From: Actinomycetes bacterium | GTDB lineage: Bacteria > Actinomycetota > Actinomycetes > Actinomycetales > Cellulomonadaceae | Length of the DNA stretch: 61,496 bases | Assembly: GCA_023432565.1 (NCBI GenBank) | Contig: JAEYUL010000043.1 | Span: forward strand, 1 to 61,496 | Direction of reading: 5' to 3' | Shown here: positions 18,309 to 30,241 of the stretch, one piece after another | Layout: the number at the start of each line of letters is the position of its first letter | Numbering within the stretch: the stretch's first letter is position 1 | The notes under the pieces: generated by a model | Told to the model about the DNA's origin: nothing | What the model saw: the letters and a program-made list of their open reading frames with translations, nothing else | Database searches by the model: none | Position numbers and translations under genes: made by a program

Positions 18309-19268
18309 ATGACCTCGCCCGTGACGCTGCTCGGGCCCGCCCAGATCCGTGAGCTCGCGGAACGCGCGGGCGTGCGGCCGACGAAGACGCTCGGGCAGAA
18401 CTTCGTGCTCGACGGCGGGACGGTGCGCAAGATCGTGCGCCAGGCGGACGTCACGCCGGGCATGCCCGTGGTCGAGATCGGGCCGGGTCTGGGGTCGCTG
18501 ACGCTCGGGCTGCTCGAGGCGGACGCGGACGTCGTCGCGGTCGAGATCGACCCGGTGCTCGCGCGTTTGCTGCCGCAGACCGTCGCGGCGCACGTGCCGG
18601 GCCTGCGGCGCGAGGACGACGAGCAGGGCCGTGCCGTCCTGCGCGACGAGGACGGCCGCGCGCGCCTGACGGTCGTGCTGCGGGACGCTCTGGAGGTCAC
18701 GGCGCTGCCCGGACCGCCGCCGCGTGCGCTGGTGGCGAACCTGCCCTACAACGTCTCGGTCCCGGTGCTCCTGACGTTCCTCGAGCGGTTCGGCTCGCTC
18801 GAGCACGCGCTGGTCATGGTGCAGGCCGAGGTCGCGGACCGGCTCGCCGCGCAGCCCGGTTCGCGCACGTACGGTGTGCCGTCGGCGAAGGCGGCCTGGT
18901 ACGCGCAGGTGCGCCGTACGGCCACGGTCGGGCGCTCGGTGTTCTGGCCCGTGCCCAACGTCGACTCCGCGTTGGTCCGGCTCGACCGTCGCGAGCCGCC
19001 GGCCACGTCCGCGACGCGCGAGCAGGTGTTCGCGGTGGTCGACGCCGCGTTCGCCCAGCGCCGCAAGATGCTGCGCGCGGCTCTCGCCCCCTGGTTCGGC
19101 TCGGGCCAGGCCGCGGTCGATGCGCTCACCGCGGCGGGCGTGGACGCGCAGGCGCGCGGCGAGACGGTCGACATCGACGGTTTCGCCCGGATCGCGGAGC
19201 AGCTGCCGGCCACCAGCCTGCGGCCCGACCCGCGCGCCCGCTCCCGGGCTGGCACAGTGGAGCCGTGA
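18309..19268 (+). CDS. rsmA: 16S rRNA A1518/A1519 dimethyltransferase (KsgA)
   Basis: [42 protein letters not shown] and AFAQRRK motifs. Confidence 0.97.
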   Translation: MTSPVTLLGPAQIRELAERAGVRPTKTLGQNFVLDGGTVRKIVRQADVTPGMPVVEIGPGLGSLTLGLLEADADVVAVEIDPVLARLLPQTVAAHVPGLRREDDEQGRAVLRDEDGRARLTVVLRDALEVTALPGPPPRALVANLPYNVSVPVLLTFLERFGSLEHALVMVQAEVADRLAAQPGSRTYGVPSAKAAWYAQVRRTATVGRSVFWPVPNVDSALVRLDRREPPATSATREQVFAVVDAAFAQRRKMLRAALAPWFGSGQAAVDALTAAGVDAQARGETVDIDGFARIAEQLPATSLRPDPRARSRAGTVEP

Positions 19269-20212
19269 CGCTCAGCCCGGTGGACGTGGCCACCACGCGT
19301 GAGGTGCGGGTGCGCGCCCCCGGCAAGGTCAACCTCTCGCTGCACGTGGGACCGGTCGACGCCGACGGCTACCACCCGCTGACCACGGTGTTCCAGGCGG
19401 TCTCGGTGTTCGAGGAGGTCACCGCGCGTCCGTGCGACGAGCGCCGGGTGACGGTCTCGGGGCCGCAGCACGAGCTCGTGCCGACGGACGCCTCCAACCT
19501 GGCGATGCGCGCGGCCGAGCTCGTCGCCGAGGCGGCAGGGATCGACGAGGGCGTGCACCTGCACATCGACAAGGGTGTCCCGGTGGCCGGGGGCATGGCC
19601 GGAGGCTCGGCGGACGCCGCGGCGGCTCTGCTCGCCTGCGACGCGCTGTGGCAGGCCGGGTTGTCGCGCGCGGAGCTGCTGGCCCTGGCCGCGCGCCTGG
19701 GCTCCGACGTGCCGTTCGTCCTGCAGGGCCACACCGCGGTCGGCCAGGGGCGCGGGGACCTGCTGACGCCCGTCCTGGGCCGGGGTGAGTTCCACTGGGC
19801 GTTCGCGGTGCAGGACCGCGGCCTGTCGGCCGGCGCGGTGTACCGCGCGCTGGACGAGCTGCGCGGCGACGCGACGCACCCTGCGCCGCCGCCGCACGTG
19901 GACGACGACGTGCCGCTGCTGCAGGCCCTGCGCTCGGGGGACGCGCGCGCGCTCGGCGCCGCGCTGCACAACGACCTGGAGCGCGCCGCGCTCGAGCTCG
20001 ACCCGGGCCTGGCCGAGCCGCTCGGCGTCGCCCGGGACGCGGGTGCGCTGGGCGTGGTCGTCTCGGGCTCGGGGCCCACGGTCGCGGCGCTGGCCCGCAG
20101 CCGTCAGCACGCGCTGGTCCTCGCGGCGGCGTTCACCGCGTCGGGCGCGGCGGACCGCGTGCTGACCGCGTCCGGCCCGGTGCCGGGTGCGCGCCTCGTC
20201 TCCGGCGACTGA
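19265..20212 (+). CDS. ispE: 4-diphosphocytidyl-2-C-methyl-D-erythritol kinase
   Basis: [36 protein letters not shown] and SGSGPT motifs. Confidence 0.96.
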   Translation: MTLSPVDVATTREVRVRAPGKVNLSLHVGPVDADGYHPLTTVFQAVSVFEEVTARPCDERRVTVSGPQHELVPTDASNLAMRAAELVAEAAGIDEGVHLHIDKGVPVAGGMAGGSADAAAALLACDALWQAGLSRAELLALAARLGSDVPFVLQGHTAVGQGRGDLLTPVLGRGEFHWAFAVQDRGLSAGAVYRALDELRGDATHPAPPPHVDDDVPLLQALRSGDARALGAALHNDLERAALELDPGLAEPLGVARDAGALGVVVSGSGPTVAALARSRQHALVLAAAFTASGAADRVLTASGPVPGARLVSGD

Positions 20213-20225
20213 TCCGATCGACCTC

Positions 20226-20269
20226 TTGACGGGGCGTCCGCGTCGTCCAATACTTAAGTCGATGCTTAA
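20226..20269 (+). promoter_or_regulatory. Leaderless promoter with palindromic operator of the arsR-SRPBCC operon
   Basis: TTGACG (20226-20231), 17 nt, AATACT (20249-20254). Palindrome TTAAG-N6-CTTAA (20254-20269) spans the ATG. Confidence 0.75.
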
Positions 20270-20603
20270 CCATGTGGATCTCGACACGGCGTTCCGCGCC
20301 CTGTCGGACGCGAGCCGCCGGGCGATGGTCGAACGACTCGCCCGGGGTCCCGCAACCGTCGGCACGCTCGCCGCCCCTCTCGACATGTCGCTCCCGGCGG
20401 TCCTGCAGCACCTGGCGGTGCTGGAGGCCGCGGGCATCGTCACGTCGCACAAGGTCGGCCGCGTCCGCACCTGCTCGCTCGTCCCCGGCGCGCTCGACGG
20501 CCCGACGGCCTGGCTCCAGCACCAGCGTCTGCCGGCCGAGCGCCACCTCGACCGGCTCGGCGGCCACCTCGCCGCAGCCGACACCCCTCAGGAGCAGCCA
20601 TGA
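20262..20603 (+). CDS. ArsR/SmtB-family transcriptional regulator
   Basis: FRALSDASRR…LA.PLDMSLPAVLQHL.VLE.AG…KVGRVRTC. Confidence 0.9.
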   Translation: MLNHVDLDTAFRALSDASRRAMVERLARGPATVGTLAAPLDMSLPAVLQHLAVLEAAGIVTSHKVGRVRTCSLVPGALDGPTAWLQHQRLPAERHLDRLGGHLAAADTPQEQP

Positions 20604-21064
20604 CCAGCACCACCACCGGCCTGGCCCACGCCACGTTCGTCATCGAGCGCACCTACCCCGTCCCGGTCGAGCGCGTGTGGAGCGCGCACGCCGACGCCGA
20701 CGAGCGCGCGCAGTGGTTCGGCAACGACCCGGGCTTCGAGACCACGCAGGCCAGCCACGGGTTCGTCGTCGGCGGGACGACCGTGCAGGACGGCCAGTGG
20801 CACGGCGGTCCGCGCTCCCGCTTCGTCGCCCGGTACAGCGACCTGCGGGAGAACGAGCGCATCGTGCACACCTACGACATGTGGATCGGCGAGGAGTACT
20901 TCTCGACCTCGCTGGTCACGACGACGTTCGAGGCGGTCGACGGCGGCACGCGGCTCACGTACGTCGAGCAGGGCGTGTACACCGGCGGTGAGCAGGACGC
21001 CGTGAACCGCGAGACGGGTTGCGCGCAGATCCTCGACGCCCTGGGCGCCTACCTCGCCCGGTGA
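20600..21064 (+). CDS. SRPBCC/AHSA1-domain protein
   Basis: HATFVIERTY…VERVW…WF…ERIVHTY…GTRLTYVEQG; ATGA overlap with arsR. Confidence 0.88.
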   Translation: MTSTTTGLAHATFVIERTYPVPVERVWSAHADADERAQWFGNDPGFETTQASHGFVVGGTTVQDGQWHGGPRSRFVARYSDLRENERIVHTYDMWIGEEYFSTSLVTTTFEAVDGGTRLTYVEQGVYTGGEQDAVNRETGCAQILDALGAYLAR

Positions 21065-21104
21065 GCGCGGACGCCCCGCGCCGGGCCGGTAGCCTCGTAC
21101 CCTC

Positions 21105-22976
<1,872 letters not shown>

Positions 22977-23119
22977 CCGCGCCTGCCCCGCCCGACGGAC
23001 CTTGTCCACCCCCGAGCCCGCTGCGGGTCGCCTTCGGTGCGGGGCCGCACCGTCCGTGGTCCAGGGGTTGCTCGCGCGACACGCCGTGCGGGAGCGAGCA
23101 GGTGCTGGGTCGCGGTGGG

Positions 23120-23641
23120 TCAGTGGGCGTGGGGGGAGTCGAACGGCAGGAGCGCCTCGCGCAGGAGGGCCGCGAGCTGCGTGCGGTCCTGCTCGGTCAG
23201 GTCACGCAGGAGCGTGCGCTCGGTGTCGAGCAGGTCCGCGAACGCGGCGTCGACGCGCGCCAGACCGGCCGAGGTGAGCTGCACGAGCACGCCGCGCCGG
23301 TCGTCGGGCGAGGGCTGGCGCTCGACCAGCCCCTTCTCCGCGAGCCGGTCGATGCGGTTCGTCATGGTCCCCGACGTCACGAGCGTGAGCGTCAGCAGGG
23401 CGCCGGGTGACAACCGGTACGGGCTCCCGGCACGCCGCAGCGCGGACAGCACGTCGAACTCCCACGTCTCGAGGCCGTGCCGCTCGAACGCGCCACGGCG
23501 CGCCAGGTCGAGGTGCCGCGCGAGCCGGCTCACGCGGGAGAGGACCTCGAGCGGGCGGACGTCCAGGTCGGGCCGCTCCCGCTGCCAGGCAGCGACGATC
23601 CGGTCCACCTCGTCGTGGGGCGTGCGGTCGTCCGGTGCCAT
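23120..23641 (-). CDS. MarR-family regulator, TamR/PecS (UrtR)-like
   Basis: DEVDRIVAAWQRERPDLD, EFDVLSALRRAG, TSGTMTNRIDRL and DRRGVLVQLT motifs. Confidence 0.9.
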   Translation of the reverse strand: MAPDDRTPHDEVDRIVAAWQRERPDLDVRPLEVLSRVSRLARHLDLARRGAFERHGLETWEFDVLSALRRAGSPYRLSPGALLTLTLVTSGTMTNRIDRLAEKGLVERQPSPDDRRGVLVQLTSAGLARVDAAFADLLDTERTLLRDLTEQDRTQLAALLREALLPFDSPHAH

Positions 23642-23696
23642 GTCGACGAGATTACTCGACATCGACAGACCTGCAGCGGGACCCGCTGAGGCGGTC

Positions 23697-24380
23697 TCAG
23701 GAGGCGTCGGCGCGCGCGCGTCCGGACGCGGCGCTCGTCGCCTCTGCCGTGCCGCCCTTGGTCAGGCTCGGCCGGCGCTCGAGGCCGGCGAGCCCGTTCC
23801 ACGCGAGGTTGACGAGGTGGCTCGCCACGTCGCTCTTTCCCGGACGGCGTGCGTCCAGCCACCACTGGCCGGTCAGCGCGACCATCCCGACGAGCATCTG
23901 CGCGTAGATCGGCGCGGTCTTGGGGTCCAGCCCTTGCTTCTTGAACTGGTCGGCGAGCAGGTGCTCGACCTGGGTCGCCACGTCACCGATGAGGCTGGAG
24001 AACGTGCCGGTGGCCTGGGCGACGGGGGAGTCACGCACGAGGATGCGAAACCCGTCCTCGCTGGACTCGATGTAGGACAGCAGGGCCAGAGCGGTGCGCT
24101 CGACGAGCACCTTCGGGTGCCCACCGCCTTCGAGCGCTCCGGTGAGCGCACCGGTCAGGCTCTGGATCTCGCGGTCGACGACGACCGCGTACACGCCTTC
24201 CTTGCCGCCGAAGTGCTCGTAGACGACGGGCTTGGAGACCTCGGCGCGCGCCGCGATCTCCTCGACGCTCGTGCCGTCGAAGCCCTTCTCGGCGAACAGC
24301 TTGCGCGAGACGTCGAGGAGCTGGGCACGCCGCTGCACCCCGGTCATCCTCGACCGCGGTACCCGCTTGCTGTCTGCCAT
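23697..24380 (-). CDS. TetR-family regulator (Rv1019-like)
   Basis: RMTG.QRR.QLL…FAEKGFDGTSVEEIA.RA.VSKPVVYEHFGGKEG; adjacent to tRNA-Gln and glmU. Confidence 0.92.
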   Translation of the reverse strand: MADSKRVPRSRMTGVQRRAQLLDVSRKLFAEKGFDGTSVEEIAARAEVSKPVVYEHFGGKEGVYAVVVDREIQSLTGALTGALEGGGHPKVLVERTALALLSYIESSEDGFRILVRDSPVAQATGTFSSLIGDVATQVEHLLADQFKKQGLDPKTAPIYAQMLVGMVALTGQWWLDARRPGKSDVASHLVNLAWNGLAGLERRPSLTKGGTAEATSAASGRARADAS

Positions 24381-24649
24381 GGCCCCCATCATGCCGTGAC
24401 CTCGCCGTATCCCCGACGCTCTCGCCGGCCCCGCGCGGCGCCGCGACCTCGGCACTTGCCGCGAGCTCGGCGCTCTGGCCGGACGGGCTCGCGCCGGACC
24501 ACCGGGCCGGCGCCGGACTGCGGGCCCGCGCCGGACTGCGGCCCGCGCCGCGGCGTCGACGTCGTGGCGAGCCGCTGGTCTCGTCGTTGCCGGACGACGA
24601 GAGCCGGCCTGGCAGACTGGGCTGCCGTCGGGCGCGCGGCGACCGACGA

Positions 24650-24721
24650 TCCGCCCTGGTGTAACGGCAGCACGCAGGCCTTTGGAGCCTCGCGGTCCAG
24701 GTTCGAATCCTGGGGGCGGAG
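24650..24721 (+). tRNA. tRNA-Gln (anticodon TTG)
   Basis: Acceptor stem TCCGCCC/GGGCGGA; D arm GTGT…GCAC; anticodon loop CTTTGGA; T arm CCAGG-TTCGAAT-CCTGG. CCA is not encoded. Confidence 0.95.
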
Positions 24722-24931
24722 CCTGCGCACGAGCGGTCGCAGATCCGAGGAGGTCTGGAGCGCGACGCCGCGCCGAGCGGGCCGCAGCGGGCACGGCGCA
24801 GCTCGCACGCAGCCCGGGCGACACCGGCACGAGGGCGCGTCGAGCCGGGACCGGCGCGCGCGGGTGCACACGAAGGAGTGATGTGTCGCGGGGGACGTCC
24901 GTGGAGCGCGCCGTGCGACTCATGCTTCGGC

Positions 24932-25672
24932 ATGACCCGTGACGAGGCGACCATGACCAGCGACCCGACGACCACCGGCCCGGCGAGCACCGGCCCGACG
25001 ACCACGACGAGCACCGGCCCGGCGAGCACCGGTCCGACGAGCACCGGTCCGACGAGTACCGGGCCGACGAGCACCGGTCCGACGAGTTCCGGGCCGACGA
25101 CCACCGGTCCGACGAGTTCCGGGCCGACGACCACCGGCCCGCACTCCGTGGACGCCGCCGTCGCCGACGACGCGTCGACGGACCCGACGGGGCTCGGGGG
25201 GACGAGTCGCGACGGCGCCGAAGCCGCTCGTCGGCCGGGCTGGGGTCGCGTCCTGGGCGTCACGGTCGGGACGGCGTTCGTCGTCGGCTTCGCGACCGCG
25301 CTCGTCGCCCGGCTGCTGATGCGGTTCGTGGCGCAGGCCGTCGGCTCCGACACCGGTTTCTCGGTGATCGGGACGCTCGGGATCGCGATCGTCTTCTCGG
25401 TGATGATGGTGCCGGCCGCGGCGGGCGGCGCGCTCGAGGCACGCACGCGACGCGCGGTCGTCGGCCTCGTCGGGATGCTGGTGACGGCCGTGGTCCTCGC
25501 ATGGGCGAACGCCAGCACGGCCCTCGTCGCCCTGGCGGACCACCCGCTGCGCGAGGGGCCGGAGCTCGACCTGGTCGCGCTGCTCCTCGTCGGGTTCGGC
25601 GCGACGGTCGTCGCCGGCGCCCTGGCCGCCCGACGGCTCGCCCGGCGCTGGACGCTCGGACGGGGCGCCTGA
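24932..25672 (+). CDS. Hypothetical membrane protein (~4 TM) with a Thr/Ser/Gly/Pro repeat N-terminus
   Basis: Hydrophobic C-terminal half (…[14 protein letters not shown]…FSVIGTLGI…). Start uncertain (24932 or 24953). Confidence 0.7.
   Translation: MTRDEATMTSDPTTTGPASTGPTTTTSTGPASTGPTSTGPTSTGPTSTGPTSSGPTTTGPTSSGPTTTGPHSVDAAVADDASTDPTGLGGTSRDGAEAARRPGWGRVLGVTVGTAFVVGFATALVARLLMRFVAQAVGSDTGFSVIGTLGIAIVFSVMMVPAAAGGALEARTRRAVVGLVGMLVTAVVLAWANASTALVALADHPLREGPELDLVALLLVGFGATVVAGALAARRLARRWTLGRGA
24965..25141 (+). repeat. 15-bp tandem repeat, about 11 copies, encoding (T/A)(S/T)(T/S)GP
   Basis: ACGAGCACCGGTCCG-like units read directly from the sequence. Confidence 0.9.
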
Positions 25673-25829
25673 CGCTGCGCCGCCGCCCGGCGCGGGTGGG
25701 TGCTTGGTCACACCTTCCCCATCGCGCGCCGGGACCGTCCGGGCAGACGGGGCCACGGCGGTAGAGTGGCGAGCGCGCACGGTTCCGCCGCCCGGCTCGT
25801 CGGGCACACCCCGCGAGGAGCACCCACAG

Positions 25830-27497
25830 GTGACCACCCCCCGCCCTGCCGCCGTCATCGTCCTCGCCGCAGGCGAAGGAACGCGGATGCGCTCGGCGAC
25901 ACCCAAGGTCCTGCACACCCTGGCCGGCCGGAGCATGCTCGGGCACGCGCTGGCGACCGCTCAGGCACTCGACCCGGCCCGCGTGGTCGTCGTCGTGCGG
26001 CACGAGCGCGAGAAGGTCGCGGCGCACGTCGCGCAGATCGCGCCCGACGCACTGATCGCCGACCAGGACGCGATCCCCGGCACGGGCCGCGCCGTCCAGG
26101 TCGCGATGACGACGCTCGACGCGGCCGCGCAGGCCGGCGCGGTGGTCGCGCTCGACCGGCCGGGGGCCCCGGGATCGGCGTCAGGCGTGCTGCTCGAGGG
26201 TGCGGTCGTCGTCGTCGCCGGTGACGTCCCGCTGCTCGACGCCGGCACGCTGGAGGAGCTCCTCGCCGCCCACCACGCCGACGGCAACGCGGTCACGGTG
26301 CTCACCACCGAGCTCGAGGACGCCACCGGCTACGGCCGCGTGGTGCGCGAGCCCGGCACGGGGGACGTGCTGCGGGTCGTCGAGCACAAGGACGCCACGG
26401 ACGCCGAGCGCGAGATCCGCGAGATCAACTCCTCGATCTACGTGTTCGACGCGGCCGTGCTGCGCAGCGCGCTCGGCCGGCTCGGCCGCGACAACGCCCA
26501 GGGCGAGGTGTACCTCACCGACGTGCTGGCGATCGCGCGCGCGGACGGCGGGCACGTGCGCGCGCTGCGCACCGACGACCCGTACACGGTCGAGGGCGTC
26601 AACGACCGCGTCCAGCTCGCGGCGCTCGCCGCGGAGTACAACCGCCGCCTGCTCGAGGACTGGATGCGCGAGGGCGTGACCGTCGTCGACCCGGCCACGA
26701 CGTGGGTCGACGTGGACGTCGAGCTCGAGCGCGACGTGACCCTCCTGCCCGGCACGCAGCTGCACGGCGCGACGGTGGTCCGCGAGGGCGCGACCGTCGG
26801 TCCGGACACCACGCTGACGGACGTGGAGGTCGGTGCGGGTGCGACCGTCTCGCGCACGCACGGCAGCCTCGCGGTGATCGGCGAGAAGGCGAGCGTGGGA
26901 CCGTTCGCGTACCTGCGGCCCGGCACCGTGCTCGGCCGCAAGGGCAAGATCGGCACGTTCGTCGAGACCAAGAACGCGCAGATCGGCGAGGGCTCGAAGG
27001 TCCCGCACCTGTCGTACATCGGCGACGCGACGATCGGCGAGCACTCGAACGTGGGCGCCGCGTCCGTGACCGTCAACTACGACGGCGTGCACAAGCACCG
27101 CACGACGATCGGCTCGCACGCGCGCACCGGCGCCGACAACATGTTCGTCGCGCCCGTCACCATCGGCGACGGCGCCTACACCGGCGCCGGCTCGGTGATC
27201 CGGCGCGACGTGCCCGCGGGCGCGCTCGGGGTGAGCCAGGGCTCGCAGCGCAACATCGAGGGCTGGGTGCAGCGCTCGCGCGCGGGCACCCCCGCCGCCG
27301 AGGCCGCCGCGAAGGTGAACGGCCCCGCCGGCGACGACGACCTGTCCCCGCAGGCGCGTGCCGAGCGCGAGCGCGCCGCGACCGCGGCCCGCGGCGTGCC
27401 GATCACGCCGCCGCCGACGCTGCCCGACCAGCCCGCGCACCTGCCGGACCCGGCACACGACTCCGAGAACGGCACCGAGGGGACGCACACGCGATGA
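25830..27497 (+). CDS. glmU: Bifunctional UDP-GlcNAc pyrophosphorylase/GlcN-1-P acetyltransferase
   Basis: [32 protein letters not shown], hexapeptide region and NYDG. GAGGAG RBS. Confidence 0.97.
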   Translation: MTTPRPAAVIVLAAGEGTRMRSATPKVLHTLAGRSMLGHALATAQALDPARVVVVVRHEREKVAAHVAQIAPDALIADQDAIPGTGRAVQVAMTTLDAAAQAGAVVALDRPGAPGSASGVLLEGAVVVVAGDVPLLDAGTLEELLAAHHADGNAVTVLTTELEDATGYGRVVREPGTGDVLRVVEHKDATDAEREIREINSSIYVFDAAVLRSALGRLGRDNAQGEVYLTDVLAIARADGGHVRALRTDDPYTVEGVNDRVQLAALAAEYNRRLLEDWMREGVTVVDPATTWVDVDVELERDVTLLPGTQLHGATVVREGATVGPDTTLTDVEVGAGATVSRTHGSLAVIGEKASVGPFAYLRPGTVLGRKGKIGTFVETKNAQIGEGSKVPHLSYIGDATIGEHSNVGAASVTVNYDGVHKHRTTIGSHARTGADNMFVAPVTIGDGAYTGAGSVIRRDVPAGALGVSQGSQRNIEGWVQRSRAGTPAAEAAAKVNGPAGDDDLSPQARAERERAATAARGVPITPPPTLPDQPAHLPDPAHDSENGTEGTHTR

Positions 27498-28480
27498 CCG
27501 GGATCATCTCCCACGACGGCGAGAAGCGACTGGTCGTCGTCTCGGGCCGTGCGCACACCGAGCTCGCCGAGGCCGTCGCCGACGAGCTCGGCATCGAGCT
27601 GGTCCCGACGACCGCCTACGACTTCGCCAACGGCGAGATCTACACGCGGTTCGGGGAGTCCGTGCGCGGCGCTGACGCGTTCGTGCTGCAGTCGCACGCC
27701 TCGCCCGTGATCAACAAGTGGATCATGGAGCAGCTGCTCATGGTCGACGCGCTCAAGCGCGCCTCGGCCAAGACGATCACGGTCGTCGCACCGTTCTACG
27801 GGTACGCCCGGCAGGACAAGAAGAGCCGCGGCCGCGAGCCCATCTCGGCCCGCCTGCTGGCCGACATGTTCAAGACGGCCGGTGCCGACCGCATCATGTC
27901 GGTCGACCTGCACACCTCTCAGATCCAGGGCTTCTTCGACGGCCCGGTGGACCACCTGTGGGCCATGCCGATCCTGGTGGACTACGTGCGCTCGCGCGTC
28001 GACCTCACGAACGTCACCGTCGTCTCGCCCGACGCGGGTCGCATCCGTGTCGCCGAGCAGTGGGCCGCCAAGCTCGGCGGGTGCCCGCTCGCGTTCGTGC
28101 ACAAGACGCGCGACGTGCGCACCGCGAACAAGTCCGTGGCCAACCGCGTCGTCGGTGACGTCGAGGGCCGCTCGTGCGTGCTCGTCGACGACCTGATCGA
28201 CACCGGCGGGACGATCGCGGAGGCCGTGCGCGTGCTCAACGAGGCGGGCGCGAAGGACGTCATCATCGCCGCGACGCACGGCATCCTGTCCGAGCCCGCG
28301 GTGGGCCGGCTCAGCGCGTGCGGCGTGCGTGAGGTCGTCATCACGGACACGCTGCCCGTCGAGGACGAGAAGCGCTTCGAGCAGCTCACCGTGCTGTCGA
28401 TCGCACCGCTGATCGCCCGCGCCATCCGCGAGGTGTTCGACGACGGCTCGGTGACCAGCCTGTTCGACGGCAACGCCTGA
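27494..28480 (+). CDS. prs: Ribose-phosphate pyrophosphokinase
   Basis: [38 protein letters not shown] and ATHG motifs. Confidence 0.97.
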   Translation: MTGIISHDGEKRLVVVSGRAHTELAEAVADELGIELVPTTAYDFANGEIYTRFGESVRGADAFVLQSHASPVINKWIMEQLLMVDALKRASAKTITVVAPFYGYARQDKKSRGREPISARLLADMFKTAGADRIMSVDLHTSQIQGFFDGPVDHLWAMPILVDYVRSRVDLTNVTVVSPDAGRIRVAEQWAAKLGGCPLAFVHKTRDVRTANKSVANRVVGDVEGRSCVLVDDLIDTGGTIAEAVRVLNEAGAKDVIIAATHGILSEPAVGRLSACGVREVVITDTLPVEDEKRFEQLTVLSIAPLIARAIREVFDDGSVTSLFDGNA

Positions 28481-28559
28481 GCCCTGCCGGCCGCCCCGAC
28501 CCCCGGGCTGGTGTCGGGGCGCTCGGGTCAGCGGGTTGGGGCGAGCCGTGCGCACCCTG

Positions 28560-28786
28560 TAAGATCTTCGGGTTGCCTCGGCGAGGGACGTCGGACGGTT
28601 GAGCACCACCCACCGGCCGTCGAGTCCGTGATCGACTGGGCGAGCGCCTCCGCGTGTGCGTGACGCCCGTCCTGCGCCCCGCGTCGAGGCTGCGACCGGC
28701 CTCGCGCCCCGTCCCGGGGCCGCCGGCCCAACGCCAGTCTTCGTCAGTCCGTGCGCCACCGTGCGCCCAGCACCACTGGAGTCATC
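28560..28786 (+). promoter_or_regulatory. rplY promoter (TAAGAT -10) and long 5' leader, candidate autoregulatory RNA
   Basis: TAAGAT at 28560-28565, then CCTCGGCGAGGG…CCGTGATCGAC and a leader of about 215 nt. Confidence 0.5.
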
Positions 28787-29371
28787 GTGTCCGAGGTCAA
28801 GCTCGCCGCCACCGCCCGCACCGAGTTCGGCAAGGGTGCCGCGCGCCGCCTGCGCCGCGCCGGCCAGATCCCCGCCGTCCTGTACGGGCACGGCACCGAG
28901 CCGGTCCACGTCGCCCTGCCGGGCCACGAGACGATGCTCGCCGTCAAGCACGCCAACGCGCTCTTCGAGATCCAGATCGACGGCAAGCCGGTCCTCGCGC
29001 TCGCCAAGGACGTCCAGCGCGAGCCGGTCCGCAACATCATCGAGCACGTCGACCTGCTCATCGTGAAGCGCGGCGAGAAGGTCCTCGTCGAGATCCCCGT
29101 CACGGTCGTCGGCGAGTCGGCCCCGGGCACCATCCACGTCGTCGAGACCCAGACGCTGTCGCTCGAGGCCGAGGCCACGCGCCTGCCCGAGTCGGTCGAG
29201 GTCGACATCGAGGGCCTGGCCGACGGCACGATCATCAAGGCCGGCGACGTCACGCTCCCCGCCGGCACGACGCTCGCGGGCGACCCCGAGGTGGCGATCG
29301 TCGCGATCTCGACGCCCCGCGCCTCGGCCGAGGACCTCGGCGAGGACGCCGAGGGCGACGACGAGGCCTGA
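28787..29371 (+). CDS. rplY: 50S ribosomal protein L25/Ctc
   Basis: RTEFGKGAARRLRR.GQIPAVLYGHG, KDVQR.P…HVDL and an acidic tail. Confidence 0.96.
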   Translation: MSEVKLAATARTEFGKGAARRLRRAGQIPAVLYGHGTEPVHVALPGHETMLAVKHANALFEIQIDGKPVLALAKDVQREPVRNIIEHVDLLIVKRGEKVLVEIPVTVVGESAPGTIHVVETQTLSLEAEATRLPESVEVDIEGLADGTIIKAGDVTLPAGTTLAGDPEVAIVAISTPRASAEDLGEDAEGDDEA

Positions 29372-29395
29372 GCCGCCTCGCCTGATCGACGCCGG

Positions 29396-29426
29396 CGCCC
29401 GGTACCGTCACTCGCGGTACCGGGCG
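29396..29426 (+). terminator. 12-bp stem-loop after rplY, putative terminator or processing hairpin
   Basis: CGCCCGGTACCG-7 nt-CGGTACCGGGCG; no U tract. Confidence 0.55.
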
Positions 29427-29469
29427 TCCGCGCGTCCGGACCCGTAACGCTCCCCCTGGAGGACCAACC

Positions 29470-30090
29470 GTGACCGACGGACCCTGGCTCGTCGTGGGCC
29501 TCGGCAACCCCGGACCGCAGTACGCGGGGAACCGGCACAACGTCGGCCAGATGGTGCTCGACGAGCTCGCGCGCCGCACCGGCGCGACGTTCGGCGCGCG
29601 CGCGAGCGGGCTGCTGTCCCGCCGCCCGCAGGCCGCGGTCGCCGAGACGAGGCTCGGTGTGCTTCCCGGAGGCGCCCCCGGCCCTCGGGTCGTGCTCGCC
29701 AAGCCCACGACGTACATGAACGTCTCGGGCGGCCCCGTGGCCGCGCTCGCGAAGTACTACGGCGTCGAGCCCGAGCGTGTGGTCATGGTGCACGACGAGC
29801 TCGACATCCCGTTCGCCGAGGTGCGGCTCAAGCGCGGCGGCGGCGAGGGCGGCCACAACGGCCTGCGGGACACCACCAAGGCGCTCGGGACCAAGGACTA
29901 CGTGCGTGTCCGGGTCGGCATCGGGCGGCCGCCGGGTCGGCAGGACCCCGCCGACTTCGTGCTCAAGAACTTCTCCACGACCGAGGTCAAGGACCTGCCG
30001 TGGCTGCTGGACCACGCGGCCGACGCCGTCGAGGCGGTCGTGCTCGAGGGCCTCGAGGCTGCGCAGCAGCGGTTCCACACGAAGGGCTGA
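29470..30090 (+). CDS. pth: Peptidyl-tRNA hydrolase
   Basis: VGLGNPG, RHNVG, KPTTYMN.SG, HDELD, GGHNGL and RVRVGIGRP motifs. Confidence 0.97.
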   Translation: MTDGPWLVVGLGNPGPQYAGNRHNVGQMVLDELARRTGATFGARASGLLSRRPQAAVAETRLGVLPGGAPGPRVVLAKPTTYMNVSGGPVAALAKYYGVEPERVVMVHDELDIPFAEVRLKRGGGEGGHNGLRDTTKALGTKDYVRVRVGIGRPPGRQDPADFVLKNFSTTEVKDLPWLLDHAADAVEAVVLEGLEAAQQRFHTKG

Positions 30091-30129
30091 GGGCCCGACC
30101 ACCCGATGGGTGGACTCCCGGCAGGAACC

Positions 30130-30180
30130 GGGTGAAATCGGACAAAGACGGCTGACTGCGCGCAAACCGGCGCATAGCCT
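30130..30180 (+). promoter_or_regulatory. Polysaccharide-locus promoter: GGGTGAAATCGGAC motif, CTGACT -35, TAGCCT -10
   Basis: Motif shared with other intergenic regions of the locus at constant spacing (see findings). Confidence 0.6.
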
Positions 30181-30241
30181 CCTTCTGTTGCTGGGACGTC
30201 GTGCGGGACGTCGCAGGGGTGCCGACAGGGGAGAACTGCTG

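Noticed and set aside
24508..24551. Short duplicated GCGCCGGACTGCGG(G)CCC upstream of the tRNA
   Set aside because: Only two copies in very GC-rich DNA, with no supporting function.
24965..25141. Possible CRISPR array
   Set aside because: The units are contiguous 15-bp in-frame coding repeats with no unique spacers, and there are no cas genes.
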